Origin: Candidatus Wallbacteria bacterium
GTDB lineage: Bacteria; Muiribacteriota; JAQTZZ01
Assembly: GCA_028687545.1 (NCBI GenBank)
Contig: JAQTZZ010000002.1
Span: 74,087-138,086 of the forward strand
Reading direction: 5' to 3'
Length of the DNA: 64,000 nucleotides
Both the position numbers and the translations under genes were made by a program. This document shows, one piece after another, positions 1 to 8,958 of the stretch (positions are counted from its first letter, which is position 1; the number at the start of each line of letters is the position of its first letter). Below the pieces are notes generated by a model. That model saw only the letters and a list, made by a program, of their open reading frames with translations, ran no database searches and was not told the DNA's origin.

Positions 1-3000
1 TGTAATAGGTGACTGCCGGCTGGCCGTTCTGGTTCAATGCCAGCGAAGTGTTGACCTCGGGTGGTGCAATCCCCATGTCCGCTATAGTCCTGGTTTCCCA
101 GGTTCCGCCGACCAGTTCCGCGTATTTCAGGTGATGCGTCGTGGCGTCAATATAGGAAATGTGCGGCACATTGTTGCTGTCAATGGCGAGTGATGCTCCT
201 GTGCCGACTTCTCCTGTACCGTCGATCACCTGTTTGCTCCATGATGTGCCGTTGAATATGGCGTACTTCAGGTCCTGATTTGTTTTGTCGTAATAGGCAA
301 TGCGCGGGTTGTTGTTGCCGTCGATGGCCATAGAGCAGAATTGTCCGACATCGCCGCTCGAATCCACTGTGGAGATTCTCCACTGCAGCCCGTCGTAGGT
401 CGCATATTTCAGGTCGCCTGTGCCCTTGGCATAGTAAGATATGCACGGCCTGTCAAAGCTGTCGAGCTTGAGCGACGGGTACATGCCGTTGTCACCAGTG
501 CTGTCCACGAGCTGGTTGAACCACTGGAACCCGTTGTAGGATGCATATCTGAGATCACCGTTCGTGAGGTCGTAATAGGCGATATGCGGATATCCCTGCA
601 GATCGAGGCTGATCGAGGAAATGATTCCGACCATTCTGCCGACATTGTCTCCATCTACGACCATGCGATGGAACTGGCCGATCTGGTTGAAATTGTCTGT
701 ACTGCACATGACCTGGACCATAGCGTCAGCAAACTGCGGCACTCCGTCTTTAGTAAACATGGCTCTCAAGGTCACCATCTGGGGAGTAGTCGGTGCTGTG
801 AATACATTTCCCGTGTCAAGTGAACCATCACCCTGGAGCTTTGTCCAGGTGACTTCGGACGGATTGACGATTTCGTCGCTGCCGTTTGAGTAATGGGCAT
901 GCACTCTCAGCCCGTCTTCAGCATCGATTTCATTGGTGGAACCGGGCAGCACATATGACATCGCTGGTTCGACGCTGATGTTGTCGAGCTGGATCAGATT
1001 GCCTCTGGTGATATTCACATAAAGGTCTGCTATCATCTGAGAACCTTGCTCACTGTATGTGCAGGTGATGGTGGCATACCCTTCCGCAGGAGGAGCTTTA
1101 TACTCGTTGTTGTTGCGGATCTGTCCCTGTCCGTAAGTCACGTTCCAGGTAAGCTGGTCGTGGGTCAGGGTGGTTTCAGTTCCGTTCATGTAATGAGCCT
1201 TGACTACAAACGGTTCCAGCATGAAAGAACCGTTGGGCGGGACTCCAGTGGAGCAGGGGTCAATGCTGATGTACATCAGGTTGGAATTGGTATTCATGCC
1301 TACCGTGATTCCAAGATAGGCTTCAAAGGTCTGCCCGCCGGACGGGTATTTGCCGTTCAGGTAGGCATATGTATCGAAATCCGGAGCAGTGTAAATCCCG
1401 TTTGTGATGGTACCGACTGATTCAGTGCCATAGGTTTGCACGTTCCAGACCATCAGTTCAGGCGTGAGATTGCGTTGTTCACCTGTCATGGTATAGCCGT
1501 TCACTGTGATCAGACTGGCGATCTCGATTGAATCTCCTGCATTCACGAAGAGCGAGTATGGTGTGACATAGATGCCCTGCAGCTGATCCGGGTCTCCGGC
1601 TACGATGTGCAGGTAACCATAGAAATCCTGCTGATCCTCAGTATGTTTTACGGTCAGGTCGGCATAGCCCGTAGCATCAGCCACATATGCCCAGCCTTCA
1701 GAGGTGGTGAGGTAGCCTGTACCGTCCGTAATATACCACTGAAGATCAGAGGTGATTTCGCGGGTCTGGCCGTTCATCTGCATGCCTACCAGCTTCACAT
1801 CAGGGGAACTGAGCGTAAGGGTGGTATGTGGTGTAACGACCTTATACGAAGGTTCCAGGTAAATGCTGGTCAGAGTTTCGCTTTGTCCGGGTTCGCCGAA
1901 GTCAAAGCTTACATAAACGTCATATGGCGTGCTCGTCTGCGGGTCATAGTAGGTACCGCGGCAGCATCCGAATCCGCCCATCAGCGGCCCGTGGTAGATC
2001 TGGTTCTGGTCGATCCAGCCCTGTCCATACTGCAGCGACCAGTTATGGATCTGCGTATTGATCTCGACTGTGCTGCCTGTGCGAGTCATGCCTACCAGCT
2101 GCACTGTAGCGAGGTCAAAGGTGCCTCCCTGCGGCAGGGTGTGGTTGCCAGGCACAGCATATACGCTGTCAAGGTCATTCTGATTCCCGACATATACAGA
2201 AACATAAATGGAGAAGGTTTGACTATTGTATGTAAGGGTGGACTGCAGGCTCTGATAGCCTGTGACAGCAGAAGCATGGAAAACTTTGCTGGTCTGGTCG
2301 ACCCAGCTGCCTTCCCCGCAGCTGATGGTCCAGTCGGCTACTGTATAATTATCTGTAATCGGGACTGTGTCGTACATGCAGGTACCCTGGTTCATCCGGT
2401 AGCCAAAATAATAAAGGCTGGAAAGAGGGAAGGTTCCGGAAGACTGGACAGTGATCTGGTATGGCTCAACAGCCACCCACTGGATCTGGTTGGCATCAAA
2501 AACAGTGATCGTGGTATAGATATAGAAAGTTCCATAGGTCGGATCAACATACTGGGCTGAGAGCGAGGCTGATCCGCCGTAATTCGGGGGGACGTAGACA
2601 GGAGTCGCGCCTGAACTGTCGATCCACCCGTCTCCGTAATCCTTGGTCCAGTTCGTGATTTCTCCGGTCAGCTCGACTGTATCGTAGTTCATCTTCACAC
2701 CGATCGGCTGGACAGTGGATAAATCAAAATTATGCCCTGGAGTAGTCTGCAGGTTGTAAGGGCGGATCGTTACGTAATTAAGGGCATTAAAATTACTGGC
2801 TGTCGTATCCACATAAAGATAGATGTTAAAGTAATTGCTAGTGCCTGGCTCACACCATGTAGTGTACAATTCAGAATATCCGCCCATCATCGGTGCATGG
2901 TATGATCCCTGATAATCAATGAATCCGTTTCCGTAACTGAGGCTCCAGCCCTGCACTTCCACTGTGTAGGAACTGCCGTCCATCCTGTGGACTCTGCCTT

Positions 3001-5500
3001 TCACCTGGTTCATGGGATAGATATCGCCTGGATTCAGGTTAAGGTTGGCAGGTTCAGCCGACACATAGCTGACTGCATTGGGATTCTGGATATCGAGGCT
3101 GATGTAAATATCGTAATAGACGCTGTTGGACAGAAATGTACAATGCAGCGTGACATAGCCCTGAGCCGGAGTATGGTAGATGTTGTTCTCAATAGAGCCT
3201 TGGGCATAACTGGCGGAGTAAATATCCCAGCCCTGATTCACACCAGTCACTTCAGTCGTGCTGCCACTCATCGTTACGCCTACGAGATGCACTGTGTTCA
3301 GGTTAAAAGAAGTGTTGGGCCCGACAGTCAGATATTCCTGTTCAGCTCTCATGTAAGAAATCAGATTCGGGTCGCCTGCTGTGACAGTGAAAGGAAGCGA
3401 AACCGGGAAATGGTTCATGCTCGCATAGTCATAATAATCGGCGGTCAGGCTGCCGCTGGCTGCAGAGCCTGGAGCAGTATAGCAGTAACCGCTCACAGTG
3501 CCGCCGCCGTATGATACGGCCCAGCCTGAAATGTAGCCGTTGGTCTCTGTGATGGAGTTGTTTGCATCAAAAGCAGTGACTGTAATGTAGGACAGGTCGT
3601 ACGACTGTCCGGCACGGAGTGAAATGCTGCTCGGATCAGGTGTCACGTATGAGATCCCGCCTACCACATCGGCATAGGAAGAGATTGAAAAATAGAGATC
3701 ATAGCTGCCGTGCATCGGATTCATCCAGGTACCGGTCAGGCTGGTATAGCCTGGATCAATCGGAGCGTGGAAAATCCTGTTGGCGTCAACATAGCCTAAA
3801 CCTGAAGTAATGCGCCAGTTGGTGATTTCGCCTGAAATCTGCATCGGCTGATACAGCTTGTTGTAACCTGTGGCATGCAGGCTCTTCAGGTCAAAGGCTC
3901 CTGTGCCTGCAGGAATCATGGTCGAATATTCATCCAGCGATACATAATAAAGATCAGTGTCTGCACCGAGATAAATACTAAAATATGCATGGAAATAGGA
4001 ACCATTCTCATTATACTCACCCTGCAGGCAGACATTCTTGTTGTTCAGGGTGATGGGAATGCCTGAAGGCAGATAATAGCAGGTAGCCTGCTGCATCGGG
4101 TGCATTGGATCAGGTGACATTCTCTGGACCATTCCAGCGCCTTCGCCCTCTACGATCTTCCAGGTCAGATTATAAATCTCCATCGTAGTCTCGCTGGGTG
4201 ATGTGCCGCGATGCGCTATCACTTCCAGGGAGTCGCGATTATAGGTGAGTCCAGGACCCATATTAGGAGGAACCAGGCTGACCTGGTAAGGCACTACTTC
4301 CAGATAGCTGATATTCACCGGAGTCTGGGAAAGCACCTTGACTTGAGTCGAAACAGCATCCATATAGGCCAGCCTAGCCAGATTGTGGTTGTAATCAAAG
4401 CCGATGCTTGGCGCAAAAGTCTGGGTAGTATTGGCTATGACTTCTTTTGTCCAGCCTGAAAAAGTGTGGACAGCCATATACAGCGAATTCGGGAAATTAT
4501 TGTAAGCCAGATACTGGTGGTCGCCGCTGTAAAACAATGAGCAGTAATAGCTGCCAGCGCTGTTTGTCATGTCTGTGGCGTTGAAACTGTCGTCAATTGC
4601 CTCTGCAGTATCATAGCCGCCGTGGCAGCGCCGTTTGACCAGCATCAAAGTATGATTTGCCTTGGAAAAGTAAGAAAATGTCGGCCGCAGAGTGTGCTGG
4701 TGAGTGAGATAGTCATACCCTTCATCAACGTCCATGTCGAAATTCGGACCTACTCCTGTCACGACAGTTTCAGGCTGTGTCCAGGTCTTGGCTTCATCTG
4801 TCTGCTGATACTGCAGCTTCAGGTTGTTGTCTTCCACATATGCCACGAACAGCTGGCTTTTACCGATGTCGGGCAGCACACCATAATGGAGCACGGTTTT
4901 AGGGCCAAGTACAGCTTGTCCTGCCTGATGCAGGACTTCCACAGTCCAGGTTGTACCGTTGGTGCGGGCGAGTTTTACATTGTTTAACGTTGTATCAAGG
5001 TAAGAGATTGCAGGCTGTGTGATCTGGGTCTGCATGTCATAAGCCAGGCAGATGGAACTGCCTGTTCCCACAGAACTGTTTCCGCCGTTGTCGACAAGCT
5101 GAGGGTGAAATACGAGAGTTTCATAAGTATCCTTTGAAACATAGTTGTACCAGAGATCGCCGCTGGTAGCGTCTAAGTAACTGACATATGGCATTCCATT
5201 GTAGTCCAGATCCATTGAGGGATATTGTCCGAGATCCCTGCCGCTTACATAGGCAAGAGTCTGGTTGATCCATGTCTCTGAAGTTCTATCCCAATGGCTG
5301 CAGATCAGGCTTTTGGTGACATTATCATAATAAGCTACAGCTGAATCACCTGAAGAATTCATTTTCATTACCATGTGGGGAATTTGTGGTGTTTCAACCT
5401 GTGTGCTGATGACCGCGGTCGGGTTCCATGAAGTGGCGGCCTGCGCCTGCGGTACCAACAGTGCGACAATCAAAAGGACTGCCAGAAAAAGTGATCTCAT
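1..5500 (-). CDS. Giant secreted surface protein, >1833 aa with the C-terminus running off the window start. It has a signal peptide and beta-propeller-like YYDxxNxDLKYA repeats at both ends, with Big_2-like Ig repeats in the middle. Partial.
   Basis: The reverse-strand ATG at 5500..5498 is preceded by an AGGAGGAGGAAGA Shine-Dalgarno sequence. The N-terminus MRSLFLAVLLIVALLVPQAQA is a signal peptide. My by-eye translation stays open to position 1. No long minus-strand ORF is listed in the track here, consistent with an ORF that reaches the window edge. Repeats such as IAYYDLTNGDLRYASYNG and IAYYDKTNQDLKYAIFNG recur about every 50 aa. The plus-strand ORFs over this span look like antisense shadows. 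Confidence 0.6.
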   Translation of the reverse strand, partial: MRSLFLAVLLIVALLVPQAQAATSWNPTAVISTQVETPQIPHMVMKMNSSGDSAVAYYDNVTKSLICSHWDRTSETWINQTLAYVSGRDLGQYPSMDLDYNGMPYVSYLDATSGDLWYNYVSKDTYETLVFHPQLVDNGGNSSVGTGSSICLAYDMQTQITQPAISYLDTTLNNVKLARTNGTTWTVEVLHQAGQAVLGPKTVLHYGVLPDIGKSQLFVAYVEDNNLKLQYQQTDEAKTWTQPETVVTGVGPNFDMDVDEGYDYLTHQHTLRPTFSYFSKANHTLMLVKRRCHGGYDTAEAIDDSFNATDMTNSAGSYYCSLFYSGDHQYLAYNNFPNSLYMAVHTFSGWTKEVIANTTQTFAPSIGFDYNHNLARLAYMDAVSTQVKVLSQTPVNISYLEVVPYQVSLVPPNMGPGLTYNRDSLEVIAHRGTSPSETTMEIYNLTWKIVEGEGAGMVQRMSPDPMHPMQQATCYYLPSGIPITLNNKNVCLQGEYNENGSYFHAYFSIYLGADTDLYYVSLDEYSTMIPAGTGAFDLKSLHATGYNKLYQPMQISGEITNWRITSGLGYVDANRIFHAPIDPGYTSLTGTWMNPMHGSYDLYFSISSYADVVGGISYVTPDPSSISLRAGQSYDLSYITVTAFDANNSITETNGYISGWAVSYGGGTVSGYCYTAPGSAASGSLTADYYDYASMNHFPVSLPFTVTAGDPNLISYMRAEQEYLTVGPNTSFNLNTVHLVGVTMSGSTTEVTGVNQGWDIYSASYAQGSIENNIYHTPAQGYVTLHCTFLSNSVYYDIYISLDIQNPNAVSYVSAEPANLNLNPGDIYPMNQVKGRVHRMDGSSYTVEVQGWSLSYGNGFIDYQGSYHAPMMGGYSELYTTWCEPGTSNYFNIYLYVDTTASNFNALNYVTIRPYNLQTTPGHNFDLSTVQPIGVKMNYDTVELTGEITNWTKDYGDGWIDSSGATPVYVPPNYGGSASLSAQYVDPTYGTFYIYTTITVFDANQIQWVAVEPYQITVQSSGTFPLSSLYYFGYRMNQGTCMYDTVPITDNYTVADWTISCGEGSWVDQTSKVFHASAVTGYQSLQSTLTYNSQTFSIYVSVYVGNQNDLDSVYAVPGNHTLPQGGTFDLATVQLVGMTRTGSTVEINTQIHNWSLQYGQGWIDQNQIYHGPLMGGFGCCRGTYYDPQTSTPYDVYVSFDFGEPGQSETLTSIYLEPSYKVVTPHTTLTLSSPDVKLVGMQMNGQTREITSDLQWYITDGTGYLTTSEGWAYVADATGYADLTVKHTEDQQDFYGYLHIVAGDPDQLQGIYVTPYSLFVNAGDSIEIASLITVNGYTMTGEQRNLTPELMVWNVQTYGTESVGTITNGIYTAPDFDTYAYLNGKYPSGGQTFEAYLGITVGMNTNSNLMYISIDPCSTGVPPNGSFMLEPFVVKAHYMNGTETTLTHDQLTWNVTYGQGQIRNNNEYKAPPAEGYATITCTYSEQGSQMIADLYVNITRGNLIQLDNISVEPAMSYVLPGSTNEIDAEDGLRVHAHYSNGSDEIVNPSEVTWTKLQGDGSLDTGNVFTAPTTPQMVTLRAMFTKDGVPQFADAMVQVMCSTDNFNQIGQFHRMVVDGDNVGRMVGIISSISLDLQGYPHIAYYDLTNGDLRYASYNGFQWFNQLVDSTGDNGMYPSLKLDSFDRPCISYYAKGTGDLKYATYDGLQWRISTVDSSGDVGQFCSMAIDGNNNPRIAYYDKTNQDLKYAIFNGTSWSKQVIDGTGEVGTGASLAIDSNNVPHISYIDATTHHLKYAELVGGTWETRTIADMGIAPPEVNTSLALNQNGQPAVTYY

Positions 5501-5810
5501 TCTTCCTCCTCCTGAAATTTATAGAGAATATCTTTACTGCTTGAAAGAATTTTATCCAGGCCTGGCCTTGAAGTCAAGTCTGCTGTCGCAGGGCCAAAAC
5601 TCAGTATTTTCATGGGTTTTCAGTGCCAACGAATTTTCTGCATGTTCAGGGAGGACAGTGCAAATTTATATGCCGCACAATTTTTTTTGCTCAATTTGGT
5701 GACAGGTAATTCAATTGGTATTTAAAAGATTATATTAGTCTATTTAAATCATTTTGATCAATTTAATCAGGAAGGTGCCAAGGCCAGACACAGGGTTCTG
5801 CCCCTACGAT

Positions 5811-8800
5811 CTATGGCGCCCTGTAACCGTAATTCAGTTTACCCGCGTTCTCCATGTAAAACCAGTATCCCATCAAAGGGTCGAGGTTTTTCAGAGTGGA
5901 AAAAGTGAGCGCTGAATTATTCATGAAAGTGCGGAAACCTTCATTCCCTCCGTCAGCTGTATCCCGATAAAATCCCATGATGTATCTGCTTTTTCCGGAA
6001 ATCGGATTCTGATTGAAGACGCAGTCGATCACAGTATTTGTCTGCAGTTCGACAGTAGGCAGGCTGTTTGAAGCTGAGAGCCAGTAGCCGATCAGATTCC
6101 AGCCTGTGCCGAGCTGCAATTCCACTGTCTCTGAAATTGCAGTGCCGTCTGCGGTCAGGCTGCAGTCTGAAGTCGCGTACACCCAGTAGCCATGATAACC
6201 ATCCAGGGTGATGAGAGTGGAAAAATCCCGCAAGCCTTCGATGTTCATGTAAGTCCTGAATCCTTCATTGCCCTGGTCCGGCGGATTCCGGAAAAAAGCC
6301 ATCACATATTTCATCTGAGCTGTCTGATCAAAGATCACCTCGATCGAAGCTCTGCAGGGAGTAAGGCCGAGGGAAATCAGATTCCAGCCGTTTCTGATGG
6401 AAAACTGCCTGCTCATGATCCCGCCTGTAAAAACCGTAGAGACCGCAAGTTCTGCAGTGACAGAAGCGTCGTGCCCGTTAAATGCAGCACAGAGCGTAGT
6501 TTCCCCGCTCCAGGCCGGAGCTGTGAAAATGCCGGATTCCAGTGTTCCAGTGCCGGTCAGGATGCTCCAGGTGGGGATGATTTCTGCAGTGCTCCCATTG
6601 CTGAAGCCTGCCACAGCCAAGATGTTTTTAAGAGAATATTCAGTATATTCATTTAAAGTCAGCTCTGCCGGGGTCAGCTGCATAGAGACAGGCACGAGCG
6701 ATGAAAGAGCAGTCAGGCTGAGTTCAGCGGTCGCAGTAAATGAACCTTCTGAATAAGAGCAGAGAAGCACTGCGCTCCCGCCAAGCTGCGGAGCAGTGTA
6801 AACGGCCCCATTCACGCTGCCGTCTCCACTTTTTCTGGTCCAGGTCCCTGTCACTGCCGCGGTCGAACTGTCCGTATAATGGGCATTGACTGTGATCCCG
6901 CCAAGGTCAAAAGTCGCGGTTTCCACAGTGATCTGGGTCGCAGAAAGTGTGACCGCAGTAAGATGCTTCAGTGCCACTACTGTGAGTTCCGCTGTTTTGG
7001 TCAGCGAGGATTCGGTGTAAGAGCAGACCAGCATGCTCGTGCCTGGAGAGGAAGGAGTGTAAGCGCCGCCTGTGACTGCATTGCCGTCGCTTTTTTTAGT
7101 CCAGGAAACACTGGTGACTTTGGCGGTGGAACTGTCTGAATAATGGGCTGTCACTTCAATGCTGCTAAGATTGCAGGATAATTCGATGGTCACTGAAGCT
7201 GGATTGAGAGTGATCGAAGAGAGCTGTTTCCCCTGAGCAGCAGCAATGCTGAAATCAGCGGTTTTCGTGTATCCGCTTGCTGCTTCCTTGTAGGAACAGG
7301 TGAGCAGAGCGGTTTCAGTGGTGGCTGCGGCAGTATAAGTGCTGCCGGAGAGCCTTCCGCTGCCGGATTTGATGCTCCAGGTTCCAGTCACACTGGCTGT
7401 GGTAGTGTCTGAATATCTGGCTGTCACTGTGACTAAGCCTAGACTATAGGATGCACCGGCATTTACACTGGCACTGGCTGGATTCAGAGTGATCCGCGCT
7501 ATGGCTTTGGGACCGCTGTAATTGTTGGTGAAATTGATGCTTGAACCGCTCGTCTGGATGGAACTGAGCGAGACGTATGATGTGAGGGCGTAGAATGAAG
7601 AGCTGTTGGCACCGGAGCTGGGCAGCGTAGTGTTGAAAACTGTTTTATTGAGGCTGCCTGGGAATGCGTCGGCTGCAGTGCCTTCGTCCCCGCCCATTCC
7701 AAGGTGGCTTCCGCTGGTCCAGTCAGCTTCCACGACAGAGACGCCGTAATGGCTTGAGTTGTTATTGATCCCGCTCTCCCACTGCGTTGTCAGGATCTGC
7801 TCGTCCACATGCCAGACAAGCGCTCCGCTTCCAGGGATGCCTGAGTCGAAACCTGTCAGCTGCCTGTTTTCCAGCAGGAAATATTCAGTTCCATTGATCG
7901 CTGCCCTGATCACAGGATCTGTCGTTGATTCGATCGGAGTCAGCGAGAAATTCCCGGCATAAGCGCTGATGTCTGTCAGGTCGCACCAGCCCAGGAAATA
8001 CCTGCACCAGGCGCTGAGATAGGCCGGACTGCTGCCGTCATTGGTACTTATTCCGTTCCAGGATCCTCCGTCCATCAGGCACCATCTGCCGACAACTGAA
8101 TTTCCGTTGGCTGTGTCATACAGGTCAGGCAGGCCCAGGTCATGCCCGAATTCATGGCAGAGGATTCCGACCGGAGAGCTTTGCGCCTGCATGGTGTAAT
8201 TCTGGGCTTTGAAACCCGTAGAAATTATCTCCCCATGCGGCCCGCTTGGATTCTGGATTTCCCAGCGGTTGGACCAGATGTCGCCGGCATTCCTGGTGGC
8301 TTCCTGGGCATTGCCTGAATGCACGACCATCAGATGGTCCAGTATCCCGTCATTGTTTTTATCCAGCAGACTTTGATTGAAGCTGTAACTTTGTGCCTTG
8401 AGTTTATCGATAGCCTCTCTGGCCAGTTCATAGATATTGCCGTTATAATCGTCGGTATTGCTGACGCTGTCCGCAGCATACCAGTCATACGTGTGGGATG
8501 AAGTAACTATCGGAGCGTTCACAAATGTGACCTGCAGCTTGCCGTGAGAAACAGCTTCATAGTAAGCCACAAACCTGGTTTCTTTCTGATTCAGATCCTG
8601 GTTGATTGTATCTGTCATAGGTTTGTCCGTAAATCCGAAAGGCACCACCAGGATCACGCATTCGCCTGTCTGCGGGTCCTGGGATGTGAAGGCTCCCATT
8701 TTCGGGGCATGGTCAGGAATTCTCAGCGGCGCACGCCTGGAGCTCAATTCACTGTGGTAGAATTCTGGGTAAACGTCAGGTTTGGGTGGAGCAGGCAGAA

Positions 8801-8858
8801 TATCGGCAAAAATCAAGACGGAAAATTCAAGCAGGAACAGGATTAGCAGGAATCTCAT
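5811..8858 (-). CDS. M6-family (immune inhibitor A-like) zinc metalloprotease, secreted, with several Big_2-like Ig domains and two C-terminal tandem repeats of about 110 aa
   Basis: There is a signal peptide. The motif HEFGHDLGLPDLYD (HExxH plus a downstream D, as in InhA/M6) lies near nt 8143..8160. Repeated TGTWSIKSGSG...LTCSY-type Big_2 blocks follow. The C-terminus carries two copies of a GWNLI...NEGFRT(Y/F)MN repeat. Confidence 0.8.
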   Translation of the reverse strand: MRFLLILFLLEFSVLIFADILPAPPKPDVYPEFYHSELSSRRAPLRIPDHAPKMGAFTSQDPQTGECVILVVPFGFTDKPMTDTINQDLNQKETRFVAYYEAVSHGKLQVTFVNAPIVTSSHTYDWYAADSVSNTDDYNGNIYELAREAIDKLKAQSYSFNQSLLDKNNDGILDHLMVVHSGNAQEATRNAGDIWSNRWEIQNPSGPHGEIISTGFKAQNYTMQAQSSPVGILCHEFGHDLGLPDLYDTANGNSVVGRWCLMDGGSWNGISTNDGSSPAYLSAWCRYFLGWCDLTDISAYAGNFSLTPIESTTDPVIRAAINGTEYFLLENRQLTGFDSGIPGSGALVWHVDEQILTTQWESGINNNSSHYGVSVVEADWTSGSHLGMGGDEGTAADAFPGSLNKTVFNTTLPSSGANSSSFYALTSYVSLSSIQTSGSSINFTNNYSGPKAIARITLNPASASVNAGASYSLGLVTVTARYSDTTTASVTGTWSIKSGSGRLSGSTYTAAATTETALLTCSYKEAASGYTKTADFSIAAAQGKQLSSITLNPASVTIELSCNLSSIEVTAHYSDSSTAKVTSVSWTKKSDGNAVTGGAYTPSSPGTSMLVCSYTESSLTKTAELTVVALKHLTAVTLSATQITVETATFDLGGITVNAHYTDSSTAAVTGTWTRKSGDGSVNGAVYTAPQLGGSAVLLCSYSEGSFTATAELSLTALSSLVPVSMQLTPAELTLNEYTEYSLKNILAVAGFSNGSTAEIIPTWSILTGTGTLESGIFTAPAWSGETTLCAAFNGHDASVTAELAVSTVFTGGIMSRQFSIRNGWNLISLGLTPCRASIEVIFDQTAQMKYVMAFFRNPPDQGNEGFRTYMNIEGLRDFSTLITLDGYHGYWVYATSDCSLTADGTAISETVELQLGTGWNLIGYWLSASNSLPTVELQTNTVIDCVFNQNPISGKSRYIMGFYRDTADGGNEGFRTFMNNSALTFSTLKNLDPLMGYWFYMENAGKLNYGYRAP

Positions 8859-8911
8859 TTGAACAGCTCCGAATTTTTTTAGTAATTATAACTAAATTCA
8901 GTTAAAAGAAA

Positions 8912-8941
8912 AAGGGACTGTCTTTTGGACAGCCCCTTTTG
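8912..8941 (-). terminator. Rho-independent terminator downstream of the lipoprotein gene
   Basis: On the minus strand, an imperfect hairpin GGGGCTGTC-loop-GACAGTCCC is followed by a T-run, located 18 to 47 bp after the stop at 8959. Confidence 0.5.
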
Positions 8942-8958
8942 ACTTGCGATTCAGGAGA

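Noticed and set aside
341-5702. Multiple plus-strand ORFs, for example 1607..2560 (317 aa), 2987..3514 and 4622..4987
   Set aside because: They lie antisense to one continuous minus-strand reading frame (1..5500) that has a signal peptide, an RBS and coherent repeat architecture. They have no motifs and odd composition, so they are shadow ORFs.
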